Shown piece after piece: positions 50,279 through 59,244 of a stretch of DNA of 64,000 nucleotides (positions are counted from its first letter, which is position 1; each line of letters begins with the position of its first letter). This DNA is from an uncultured archaeon (lineage in GTDB: Archaea; Asgardarchaeota; Lokiarchaeia; Sigyniarchaeales; SOKP01), in assembly GCA_964632315.1 (NCBI GenBank), contig CAZWEM010000014.1:1-64000 (forward strand). The letters run 5' to 3'. A model generated the notes under the pieces. That model made no database searches, had not been told where the DNA came from, and saw only the letters and a program-made list of their open reading frames with translations. The position numbers were made by a program, and so were the translations under genes.

Positions 50279-52183
50279 TCAAAAATTAGGTGCTCGCTTT
50301 ATTTTAGTCCATTCTCGTTCAAAAATAAAATCATAATCGTTTTCATATACTTTTTTATAAAAATCAATTTTATCAATTATAGATGATATTATTTGATTTT
50401 GTTCTAAATCTGTGAGAGAATAGAGGTCAAAGAGAATTTTATCAATCTCTCTGATACAATAATAAATAGTTTCATCCAATTCTTTGTTATGCTCTAAATA
50501 CTTCATAATAAAGTCTACTTTCTCAGAAATTTCTTCCTTAACAGTTCTTTCAGCGTTAACTATTGGAAAATGTCTAATCATGTATTGATTTAAATTGATA
50601 GTCGTGTCTGTTTGATTATTAATAGCATATAAGCAATAGAATTGAATTATAGCAGAATTAATAACACCACATAAAAATTTCAGTTCAACGGGATCTTTAT
50701 GAAGTAAGGAATATATTGAGGAAGTGAAGCACACACTCTCTTCGCTGTAGAGAGCTTGTGGAAAAACGTTATTGTGCTTTATGAGCAATTTTTTATTTTT
50801 ATAAAATTCATAGGCATTACCCTTTAAGCTACTAGGATTTATTGTTTCAATATCAAATGATTTATTTTTTCTCATTAAATAATAATCAAAATCATCTTTT
50901 GCATTGATAAAATAACATGAATGATTCAATTTGGTTGTTAAAATCTCCTTTACAGCCTTTAAACCTTTGTATTCCTCTCCTCGAATAAATTTAGGAAAAT
51001 CTTTGATATTAATATAATTTACATCACCATTCGATTCAAGTTTATTAGCTAATTCGAGAATATTCCTATTTGATTTAATTCTAATTCGATTAAGAGGGAC
51101 TGTTTTAGTATGACAAAAAGGGCAATTATCCAATTTGGTATAAGGATATATCTTCTTTACCCTATCAGTCATTAAACATTTTGAATTATTACAAATTTTT
51201 AAATCGTCAAAAATTTGTTCATTATATATTATAATCTCCTCATTTGGAAAGCTAGAGACTTTTAAACTCTTTTTACCGCTTACTCGGCTCTCATAAATTA
51301 ATACTTGAACCTCATTAGTAGCACCTTTAAAAATATTTGGTCCTATATCAATTATTTTTAAGAGATTTGCTTTTGAGAGAAGACTATCCCTAAAATTTAG
51401 ATAACTTTGTCGTAAGAGAAAACTTTTTGGGATAAGAAATCCAATAATACCATTGCTCCACCGGAGTGCAAAAGATAAAAAGACACAATAAATATCTTTG
51501 GTAAAAAATTTCTTCTCTTTTAAAAAATTCTTCAATTCTTGATCTAAGATATTTCCATAAGGAGGATTTCCTACAATCACATCGAACTTTCTCGAAGGAG
51601 GATGCTTAATCACGTTTTTTATAGAAATATTATTTTCTAAAACTTTAAAGTAATGTTTTAAATCTGAAGTATTATCTCTCAATATCCTTTTTAATAATTT
51701 TAGAATTGTGAGTTTGACAGAAATTGGATTTATATCAAAACCACTTATACTTTTAATAATTCTATCTTTTACTTTTTTGTTATCAGTAGATAAAGGATCC
51801 TTATTAATCAAGTTAAATAAAATGTCTATTAAGCTTAACAAAAAAATACCGGATCCACAAGCGGGATCACAAAACGTTATTTCAGAAATTTTCTTAAGTA
51901 TAAGTTCATTTCCCGGTTTTATCTCATCTAAGCTCATTTCTTCAAGTCCTCTATCTCGAAAAAATTCTAAAAGTGTTTGTGAGACTATAAAATCAGAAAT
52001 ATATTTTTGAGTAAAATAGACTCCCTCTTCTTTTCGATTAGTGTAATTATGAAGGAAATTTTCTTCAATATCCTTAACTTCGCTTAATTTTTCTAATAAT
52101 GATTCTTTATTATTAGATTCTATTGCCAAACGGACTGAATCATACAAAAGAACAATATTATCTTCTTCTTTGGTTCTTACCAT
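50279..52183 (-). CDS. N6-adenine DNA methyltransferase (gamma class, Eco57I/TaqI-like), no adjacent nuclease
   Basis: GVYFT, DPACGSGIFL motif I, VGNPPY motif IV, TaqI_C-like tail (KLLIK...FLCGVINS...FPI). Confidence 0.88.
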   Translation of the reverse strand: MVRTKEEDNIVLLYDSVRLAIESNNKESLLEKLSEVKDIEENFLHNYTNRKEEGVYFTQKYISDFIVSQTLLEFFRDRGLEEMSLDEIKPGNELILKKISEITFCDPACGSGIFLLSLIDILFNLINKDPLSTDNKKVKDRIIKSISGFDINPISVKLTILKLLKRILRDNTSDLKHYFKVLENNISIKNVIKHPPSRKFDVIVGNPPYGNILDQELKNFLKEKKFFTKDIYCVFLSFALRWSNGIIGFLIPKSFLLRQSYLNFRDSLLSKANLLKIIDIGPNIFKGATNEVQVLIYESRVSGKKSLKVSSFPNEEIIIYNEQIFDDLKICNNSKCLMTDRVKKIYPYTKLDNCPFCHTKTVPLNRIRIKSNRNILELANKLESNGDVNYINIKDFPKFIRGEEYKGLKAVKEILTTKLNHSCYFINAKDDFDYYLMRKNKSFDIETINPSSLKGNAYEFYKNKKLLIKHNNVFPQALYSEESVCFTSSIYSLLHKDPVELKFLCGVINSAIIQFYCLYAINNQTDTTINLNQYMIRHFPIVNAERTVKEEISEKVDFIMKYLEHNKELDETIYYCIREIDKILFDLYSLTDLEQNQIISSIIDKIDFYKKVYENDYDFIFEREWTKIKRAPNF

Positions 52184-52302
52184 AACAATTTAGACTCAAT
52201 ACTGATACATTTAATTTCTCTTATTATGAATTTTATAAATTTTCAGCTATTTGAACTAATTCTTTATCTTTTTATATTTTTATTAACTTTATATAATAGA
52301 GA

Positions 52303-52800
52303 ATGACTGATAAATTAGAAGATGAAGATTATCACGGAGTCGCTCCTATAAGACCCATTGTTAAGAAAATGAAGAAGGATTTTGACAAAGATCCTGAAGG
52401 ATGGGGTTTAATTGGTTCTAGTGATACGGATGGAAATACTGATACCTTCATTACTAAAAAACCCAATACTTATTGGTTAAAATCTAAAGCACTTAGTCCA
52501 TATTCATCCTTAAGCATGGGCTCTATAGTCAGAAATATCGACAAAGAAATCGAAGAAAGTGTGGGTCAAAATAAACAATTATCACCAGATGAAATGCTCA
52601 GATTGTTCGGAATGATCGTGCCAATTAAAAACGATCAATCAATCATCGCCTCTGGAATAGAGAAGCATTCTCAGTCGCATGGTGAATATTTAAAGAAAAT
52701 AATCCATGAACAAAATCCAAATCTTAATTACGGTCTCGCAAGAAGGATTGATGAAGAATTTACTAAAAAACATCCTCAACGTAAAAATTTATATATTTAA
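52303..52800 (+). CDS. Hypothetical protein
   Basis: 165-aa ATG ORF with normal composition; no motif recognised. Confidence 0.75.
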   Translation: MTDKLEDEDYHGVAPIRPIVKKMKKDFDKDPEGWGLIGSSDTDGNTDTFITKKPNTYWLKSKALSPYSSLSMGSIVRNIDKEIEESVGQNKQLSPDEMLRLFGMIVPIKNDQSIIASGIEKHSQSHGEYLKKIIHEQNPNLNYGLARRIDEEFTKKHPQRKNLYI

Positions 52801-52837
52801 ATAAATCTCCTTATAGATCAAAAAAGAATAGTAGAGA

Positions 52838-53254
52838 TTATAATTTTTGCTTTAGTATACTTAGATCTTCTTTATTTTTTATTATAGGCAAATTAGAGGA
52901 ATATTTTTCAGAATTATTTATCAATTCTGAAACAAAAATAGACATTTTTTCTGGTCCAGATTTATCATCTAAATTTTTAGCGAATTCTTTGATTGAAATT
53001 ACATTTAGATCTTTCACATAAAAAGAGACACCTTTTTCTACTTCTTCTAAGAGAAATTGAAATGATAAATCAGCACCTCTCTCATTTTTAACCAATGGTT
53101 GATCTGGGTCTTCAAAGGTATAAGAAACTTCAGTCCAACGTGTTCCGTCGGTATTAACAGGAACCATACCAAAAATATAATCATCCGTATAGAGCCAAAT
53201 TGGCGTACCATTATTGTATGAAGCATCGACGATTGCTTTAAACTCTTCACTCAT
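52838..53254 (-). CDS. Hypothetical protein
   Basis: 138-aa ATG ORF; no motif recognised. Confidence 0.75.
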   Translation of the reverse strand: MSEEFKAIVDASYNNGTPIWLYTDDYIFGMVPVNTDGTRWTEVSYTFEDPDQPLVKNERGADLSFQFLLEEVEKGVSFYVKDLNVISIKEFAKNLDDKSGPEKMSIFVSELINNSEKYSSNLPIIKNKEDLSILKQKL

Positions 53255-53401
53255 ATCTAATCAATATAATAAAAATTAATTAATTTTTTCATTAGAGATA
53301 TTAAATTACAATGACAAAATAATAATCAAAAAATTGTTATTTTAATATTATGATTTCCTTACTTAAGTGTATTTTCAATAAGAATTAATTAATTTTTTAT
53401 C

Positions 53402-54160
53402 ATGAGAGCGCTTGATTATCACAAACTAAGTTATGATATTGAAAGCTGGATAATGAACTATGTAAATTCCACAGGAGCAGCAAAAGTGGTAGTGGGATTA
53501 AGTGGAGGGATAGACAGTGCTGTTACAGCAGCATTGTGTGCAAATGCTTTAGGAAAAAATAATATTTACGCCTATGCACTCCCATGTAATTCAATCCCTG
53601 AAGATCTCAAAGATGCTCGATTAGTTGCTTCGAATTTAGGAATTAGATTTGAAGTAATTGAATTAACTCCTGTGTATGACCAATTTTTAGAGTCTATAGA
53701 GGTATCATCAAATAAGGTTGCCAACGCAAATTTGAAACCTAGACTGCGCATGATGGTTTTGTACTATTTAGCTCAATCATTACAAAATTGTTTAGTTGCT
53801 GGTACGGGAAATAGAGTAGAATTACAAATAGGATATTTCACTAAATATGGTGATGGAGGAGTCGATTTTGAGCCGTTAGGAATGTTGTATAAAAATGAAG
53901 TGAGGAAATTGGCACGAATCTTAAACATTCCTGTACCCGTCATCAAAAAAGCACCTTCTCCTGGTTTGTGGAAAGGTCAAACTGATGAAGGAGAAATAGG
54001 AGTTAGCTATGATATAATGGATGAAATTTTATATCGAATTGATTATGATTTAAGTTTTAATGGATTGGAGGATAGTGCGGTTGAAAAGGTTAAAAATATG
54101 ATGAAATTAGCAGAGCATAAACTGAAAATGCCTCCCATGTTTGAAATAGAAATATTATAA
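53402..54160 (+). CDS. nadE: NH3-dependent NAD+ synthetase
   Basis: GLSGGIDSAV, NLKPRLRM, GYFTKYGDGGVD, KAPSPGLW, QTDE. Confidence 0.95.
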   Translation: MRALDYHKLSYDIESWIMNYVNSTGAAKVVVGLSGGIDSAVTAALCANALGKNNIYAYALPCNSIPEDLKDARLVASNLGIRFEVIELTPVYDQFLESIEVSSNKVANANLKPRLRMMVLYYLAQSLQNCLVAGTGNRVELQIGYFTKYGDGGVDFEPLGMLYKNEVRKLARILNIPVPVIKKAPSPGLWKGQTDEGEIGVSYDIMDEILYRIDYDLSFNGLEDSAVEKVKNMMKLAEHKLKMPPMFEIEIL

Positions 54161-55597
54161 ACTAGAAATTATTTTTCTAATTGTATTTATTCGAGTAGTA
54201 ATCTCTTGCATCTTTTCTTTTACTTCTTCATTACTACTCTTATACTGTATATCTGATATCGAACCCTTATTATAGCTGTTTTCTAATTCTTTAAATCTTT
54301 TTTCTATAGCATAGCGACTCCCTTCCAGGGCAATAAGCTCTTGATAGAGAGTGTCCTTGTCACTAGATAGTTCCTCGGAACTTTTTTCTTGAGCTTGAGA
54401 CTTTATTGGCTCAATCTTACTATTAAAATCTATGAATGAAGTCGCTTGACTCTTTTCTGAAGATTTGCTCGTTATAGGTTCATTTACGATTGTTTTTAAC
54501 GTGTTATCTTTCTTTTGCTCTTCTATAACTTGTTTAGATTTCTGTTCACCTTTAGGACGAATATCTTCACCTACAGAGGATAAAACATCAAATAAATCTA
54601 AACCACTTGTTTTAATAGATTCTGTTTCTTTCTCCTCGATACGAACACTACTTATCTTTGGTTTTTCTACAAAAAAAGCCTCATTCTCCTTAGAATTATT
54701 ATCATCAGATAACTTTTCTTCCTTTTCTTCAACAATAGTGGTCACTTTTATTTTTTCAGAGATAATTGGCTTATCTTTGCTTTCTTCAATTACAGTTGTT
54801 GTAATCTCAGGTTTTTTAGACTTACCTTCTGGTTTTATAACAGGAATGGGAGTTAATAAATTTCCATTTGCCTCTTTTTTCTCTAATTCAATTGGTTTCG
54901 ATGGAATTGGAGTAAGAGATTGCAGTTTTTGTGCTGATACCTTTTGCGTTTGAGATTTTTGTTTCACTGGAGGTTCTGGAGGGATAGGAGGTATTGAATC
55001 TTCTATTTGTTCCTTAGTTTTAAGAACTGTTTTTTTAATAATTGGAATTTTGATCTTTGGTGGTGGAAGCCTTACATTTTTCTTAGGAGTGATTTTTTGA
55101 ACTTTCTTTTTATGAGATGCTTCTTTTATTGCCTCATCTTTCTTATCTATCTCCTTTTTCAAGTTTTCAATAGTGTCTTTTAAAACATCTATTTCTCCCT
55201 TAAACTGTTGAGAAACTTTATCCACAATTTCACCAATATTAATATCATTATTTTCTGTTTTTGGTTTCTCTTCCACTGAAGGAGATGATTCACTAATTTC
55301 TTGAGTTTTTATGGGAGCTTTACTTGATATATTCAATAATTGCTCAATATCCCCAGGAATAGACGTTTCTAAGAACCAGAGATCTAAAGTATCCCATTCT
55401 TCAAGTTTTTTTAAAATTTTATTAATCTGATCCTTATGTTCTGAAACAAGGCCATCTTCTAATAACTCTTTAAATTTTCCTATCATTAATTCTCTTGCAT
55501 CTATCTCATCATCTGGAGACGGTTCCCCTTCAGTTAGAAACAAAAAGATCTCTTTTATTTCTCCTAAAATATCTTTTTTCTTCTCTCCTTCACTCAT
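54155..55597 (-). CDS. Hypothetical protein: helical N-domain, coiled coil, Pro/Lys/Glu-rich disordered linker, C-terminal helical hairpin
   Basis: RLPPPKIKIP, PPIPPEPP, LTPIP twice; C-terminal LENSYNKGSISDIQY (SHOCT-like). Confidence 0.8.
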   Translation of the reverse strand: MSEGEKKKDILGEIKEIFLFLTEGEPSPDDEIDARELMIGKFKELLEDGLVSEHKDQINKILKKLEEWDTLDLWFLETSIPGDIEQLLNISSKAPIKTQEISESSPSVEEKPKTENNDINIGEIVDKVSQQFKGEIDVLKDTIENLKKEIDKKDEAIKEASHKKKVQKITPKKNVRLPPPKIKIPIIKKTVLKTKEQIEDSIPPIPPEPPVKQKSQTQKVSAQKLQSLTPIPSKPIELEKKEANGNLLTPIPVIKPEGKSKKPEITTTVIEESKDKPIISEKIKVTTIVEEKEEKLSDDNNSKENEAFFVEKPKISSVRIEEKETESIKTSGLDLFDVLSSVGEDIRPKGEQKSKQVIEEQKKDNTLKTIVNEPITSKSSEKSQATSFIDFNSKIEPIKSQAQEKSSEELSSDKDTLYQELIALEGSRYAIEKRFKELENSYNKGSISDIQYKSSNEEVKEKMQEITTRINTIRKIISSL

Positions 55598-55674
55598 AGG
55601 TTTTAGTTTTTCCCAATAATTACTGCTATTTATTTCTGTTTAAATATTTAAAAACATTTCATTAATATATTTTT

Positions 55675-56877
55675 TTGCCATATACTCAATTAGACTTTTG
55701 TAAAAAAGGTGAATTGAATATTAATTTAAAAACTGAACATAATTTTCCAATTGGATATTATGAGTTTCACAAACATCCTAATTTAAATTTTCAATTTATA
55801 AGATTAGTTAATAACGGAGGAAAGTTAGAAGAAGTAAGAGAAGTAGCAAAAAAGATAGAAGATTTTGATGATTGGAAACGAGAATTAGTTGCTTTAGCAG
55901 AAAAGGCTTTAAATGAAAATCGTTTGTTAAATTCAGCGGTGTATTATAGAGCTGCTGAATTTTTTGTGTCTCCCCATGATCCTGATAAAGACATTCTTTA
56001 TGAAAAATTCATTGAGTTAATAAAAAAGGTTTATGATGATTTGCCTAAAATCAGAGTTAAGATTCCCTATGAAGCTTCATATCTTCCAGGATACCATTTT
56101 AAATGTGAAAAAAGTAAAGGAACTGTTGTAGTTTTTAGCGGTTATGATGGATTCATTGAAGAATTGTATAATTTATGCTCTTATATCAGAGATGCAGATT
56201 ATGAAGTAATAGCATTTGAGGGTCCTGGGCAAGGTGCTGCACTTAAAAAAAATAAATTAGTAATGACCCATGAATGGGAAAGACCGGTTAAGGCAGTTCT
56301 TGACCATTTTGGCTTAAAAGACATAACATTAATAGGTGTTTCATTAGGTGGATATTTAAGTTTACGAGCTGCCGCTTTCGAACCTAGAATTTCAAGGGTG
56401 GTCGCTTTTGGAACTATTTATGATTTCTTTCAAGTTCTTTTATATGCAGGGGGACCTAAAATTCGTGAATTAGCGGAAAAACTTTTAGATAGTAATCAAG
56501 TTGATGTTTTCAATAAAATAATGCAAAAAAGGATGGAAACCAACTTGCTTGTTAATTGGGGTGTGAATCATGGGATGTATGTATTTGGTGTGCATTCCCC
56601 GTTTGAATACATTGAAAAAGTGCGATTATATTCTACGGCAGAAATCTCTGAAAAAATAACCCAAGATGTTTTACTAATGACTGGAACCAAAGACCATTTT
56701 GTTCCTTTAGAAATGTTTTATAAACAAATAGAAGCATTAAAAAATGTAAAATCTCTTACCGCTAGATTGTTTACCGAAAAAGAACATGCAGGAAGCCATT
56801 GTCAAATGGATAACTACAAGCTAGCTCTCGATGTGATTCTAAATTGGATTGAACAAATGAATAAACGAGATCAGTAA
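55675..56877 (+). CDS. Alpha/beta hydrolase (FrsA/DUF1100-like); true start probably the TTG after GGTGA near 55713
   Basis: YYRAAEF, GYDG, EGPGQG, GVSLGG, D...H triad (GSHCQ). Confidence 0.88.
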   Translation: MPYTQLDFCKKGELNINLKTEHNFPIGYYEFHKHPNLNFQFIRLVNNGGKLEEVREVAKKIEDFDDWKRELVALAEKALNENRLLNSAVYYRAAEFFVSPHDPDKDILYEKFIELIKKVYDDLPKIRVKIPYEASYLPGYHFKCEKSKGTVVVFSGYDGFIEELYNLCSYIRDADYEVIAFEGPGQGAALKKNKLVMTHEWERPVKAVLDHFGLKDITLIGVSLGGYLSLRAAAFEPRISRVVAFGTIYDFFQVLLYAGGPKIRELAEKLLDSNQVDVFNKIMQKRMETNLLVNWGVNHGMYVFGVHSPFEYIEKVRLYSTAEISEKITQDVLLMTGTKDHFVPLEMFYKQIEALKNVKSLTARLFTEKEHAGSHCQMDNYKLALDVILNWIEQMNKRDQ

Positions 56878-57000
56878 GATTAAAAATCTTAAAGCAATGA
56901 AATTTCATTGTTATCTAAAACAAAAAGTAGAACTAAAATTCTCCCGAAATATTCCAACAGCATATATCTTGAGAGTTTTATAACTCTTCTTGGATTTATC

Positions 57001-57456
57001 TTATTTTACTAATTTAATTCCAAAATCTTTGCATTTAGGAAGCTCTCTATCTACTATAGGTCCTTTTGAAGGGCCTGTTCCCTCAACTTTAATTGACAAT
57101 CCGGGAGATGCTTTTGCTAGATCCGGCATCACTTCACTTATCTGCTCCTCCATCTTTTTTACAGCTTTTTCAAAATCAGCGGTAATATAAGTATCAAATA
57201 CCGCATACGCGTTAACTTTTAATTGGGATTTTGGGAGCTTATTGATAAATTTCTTTATTGAGCCGATATGACGCCCAAAATGATTTGGGGATCCTATTAA
57301 AATCAAATCGTATGATGCTTCTTTTTTAAGATTCACATCTTTTACTTTAGTAACTATTGCTTCATTACCATTAACAGAGCTGATTCCTTCTGCTATTAAA
57401 TTAGCTACTTTTTCAGTATTTCCATACTTCGTAGCATAGACTATTAAAACTTTCAC
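57001..57456 (-). CDS. Flavodoxin-domain protein
   Basis: YATKYGNTEKVA, IGSP, AVFDT; GGAGG RBS. Confidence 0.88.
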   Translation of the reverse strand: MKVLIVYATKYGNTEKVANLIAEGISSVNGNEAIVTKVKDVNLKKEASYDLILIGSPNHFGRHIGSIKKFINKLPKSQLKVNAYAVFDTYITADFEKAVKKMEEQISEVMPDLAKASPGLSIKVEGTGPSKGPIVDRELPKCKDFGIKLVK

Positions 57457-57644
57457 TTTAAATATCCTCCAGTAATAAATTTGTTAATATTAAATATTAT
57501 GTATTTTAAAATTATGATTATTGAATTTAATTATTATAACTTAATTAAATCGTAATTATATTTTCATTCTTTTGAATATATTCTTCCTTAAAGTTACCAA
57601 ACCATTAGGAGTAACTTAAGTGATTAATATAGTAGGACACAATC

Positions 57645-57691
57645 CTACAGTCCTTCTTTCACTAATCTTTTTTGAAAGAAATCATTCCAGT
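57645..57691 (-). promoter_or_regulatory. Eukaryote/Loki-type SECIS-like element in the 3' UTR of the TGA-TGA gene
   Basis: Minus strand AUGA-U-UUCUUUCA-AAAAAGAUUAG-UGAAAGAA-G-GA-C: tandem G.A core, 8 Watson-Crick pairs plus a U.G, A-rich apical loop; 14 nt after the TAA; lower helix weak. Confidence 0.7.
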
Positions 57692-57699
57692 TTTTTATG

Positions 57700-58173
57700 T
57701 TATTTTCTTTTTAAAGCAAAATAGTGTGCAAATGTCTGATTATCCTTTCCGTATTTATTTCTAATGATTTTCTTAAACGTTCCAAAATCTAAACGCTCTT
57801 TCATGTTATCAGCTCATCAATCAGCGTGGACAATTATTGTAATATCAGAGTTTGGAATCAAGTTAACATCGATATCGCTCCTTAAAGGCATGAATTCCTT
57901 GTTGGGTCCGTATGCATCAACTCCGCAGTCCTCATAAATCTTATTCTCTTCAGCATCCCAGATAAGTTGTAGGTAACTATGAATTAAACCTTTATATAGA
58001 GGAAACACTGATATATCTGGATGTTCTATCATATTTTTGTCAATTTTACTTAAAGCATCGATGATTGTTCCACTATCATCCATCTCAAGGACATATTTCA
58101 CTCCTTTGGAGTGGGTTTGCTCAGGATCTGGGGCAAATATTGTTAAGTTTATCTTTTTCATGACAATTTTCAC
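57700..58173 (-). CDS. Beta-grasp-like hypothetical protein; candidate selenoprotein with TGA-TGA at 57819-57814 (ORF track ends it at 57817)
   Basis: ...SDITIIVHAD-TGA-TGA-ADNMKERLDFGTFKKIIRNKYGKDNQTFAHYFALKRK-TAA, followed by a SECIS-like hairpin; the first 118 aa are a solid CDS, the extension is inferred. Confidence 0.6.
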
Positions 58174-58237
58174 TTCCTTTTAAGAGGGGAAAGCAAATTT
58201 TTATATTTATTTGAATAAAAAATTAAATTAATTAGAT

Positions 58238-59047
58238 TTAGACTTGTTCATTATAACTTTTAGGATCTTTCTTTCTATAGATTACTAACAGTAGAATTGC
58301 ATAAATGAAAATGATAATATCGCTGATTACCCTTACCATAATATCAAATGAAAATAATTGGCCGAAAAAGTTTATGCAAAAATGAAATAACATTGCTGAT
58401 AAAATACTTCGATTGGTATTATTATATATCACAGTATAGATGATGGAATGGGGGAAGATTGTGATGAAGAACATCCAAAAATCTATGGAAAACAAACCAA
58501 GATTTTGTTGGTATGTACCATTAATAAAAAATAGTGGTAAATGCCATGTTCCCCAAAAAAATCCAATAATCATACTTGAATTAAAAGAGGTATACTTTCT
58601 TTGTAATGTATCTAGGACATAGCCACGCCAACCGAATTCTTCAGCTATAACTCCAATTATTAAAACAATTACAGAACTTAAAATACTAACTAAAAAAACA
58701 GGATCAAATGTTATTCCACTGCCATTGAATAGAAGTGACCCCCCTCCCGCGATTAAAATCGGAGTAAGAGATAAAATTATGATTACTCCATACCACTGAA
58801 AGCCTATACGCCTAAAATCTCGAGACCTGCGCCAAAAATCTTTTACTTCATCTTTGTTTTTAGTTAAATAGGTTAAAAAGATCCCAATAAATGAAGGACC
58901 AAACCCACCAAGAACATAATAAATTATTGTTGGAAAGAAGGTATAAATTTGATTTAAAAAAATCGCAATACTCCAAAAAATCCAGGAAAAAATGAAAGTT
59001 AATGAGAAAAAGAGCCATGATTTAGAAAGCAATTTATGCTCCTTCAT
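58238..59047 (-). CDS. CPBP (type II CAAX/Abi) intramembrane glutamic endopeptidase
   Basis: EEFGWRG, WGTWHLP, AMLFHFCIN. Confidence 0.92.
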   Translation of the reverse strand: MKEHKLLSKSWLFFSLTFIFSWIFWSIAIFLNQIYTFFPTIIYYVLGGFGPSFIGIFLTYLTKNKDEVKDFWRRSRDFRRIGFQWYGVIIILSLTPILIAGGGSLLFNGSGITFDPVFLVSILSSVIVLIIGVIAEEFGWRGYVLDTLQRKYTSFNSSMIIGFFWGTWHLPLFFINGTYQQNLGLFSIDFWMFFITIFPHSIIYTVIYNNTNRSILSAMLFHFCINFFGQLFSFDIMVRVISDIIIFIYAILLLVIYRKKDPKSYNEQV

Positions 59048-59244
59048 AATAGCTTTCTATTATTTTTCTAAAATTTAAATCTTAATGAAATAATCTTTAT
59101 GAAATGGATTGCATCGACTAAATAAGTTGAGATCAACTTTTTGTAATAATCATTAATTTAATAATAAGATATTTAGAAATATCATTATGAATTTGATTAA
59201 GTAGAATATTTAAAAAAAGATAATAAAATTAAATTTGAGTGTAA

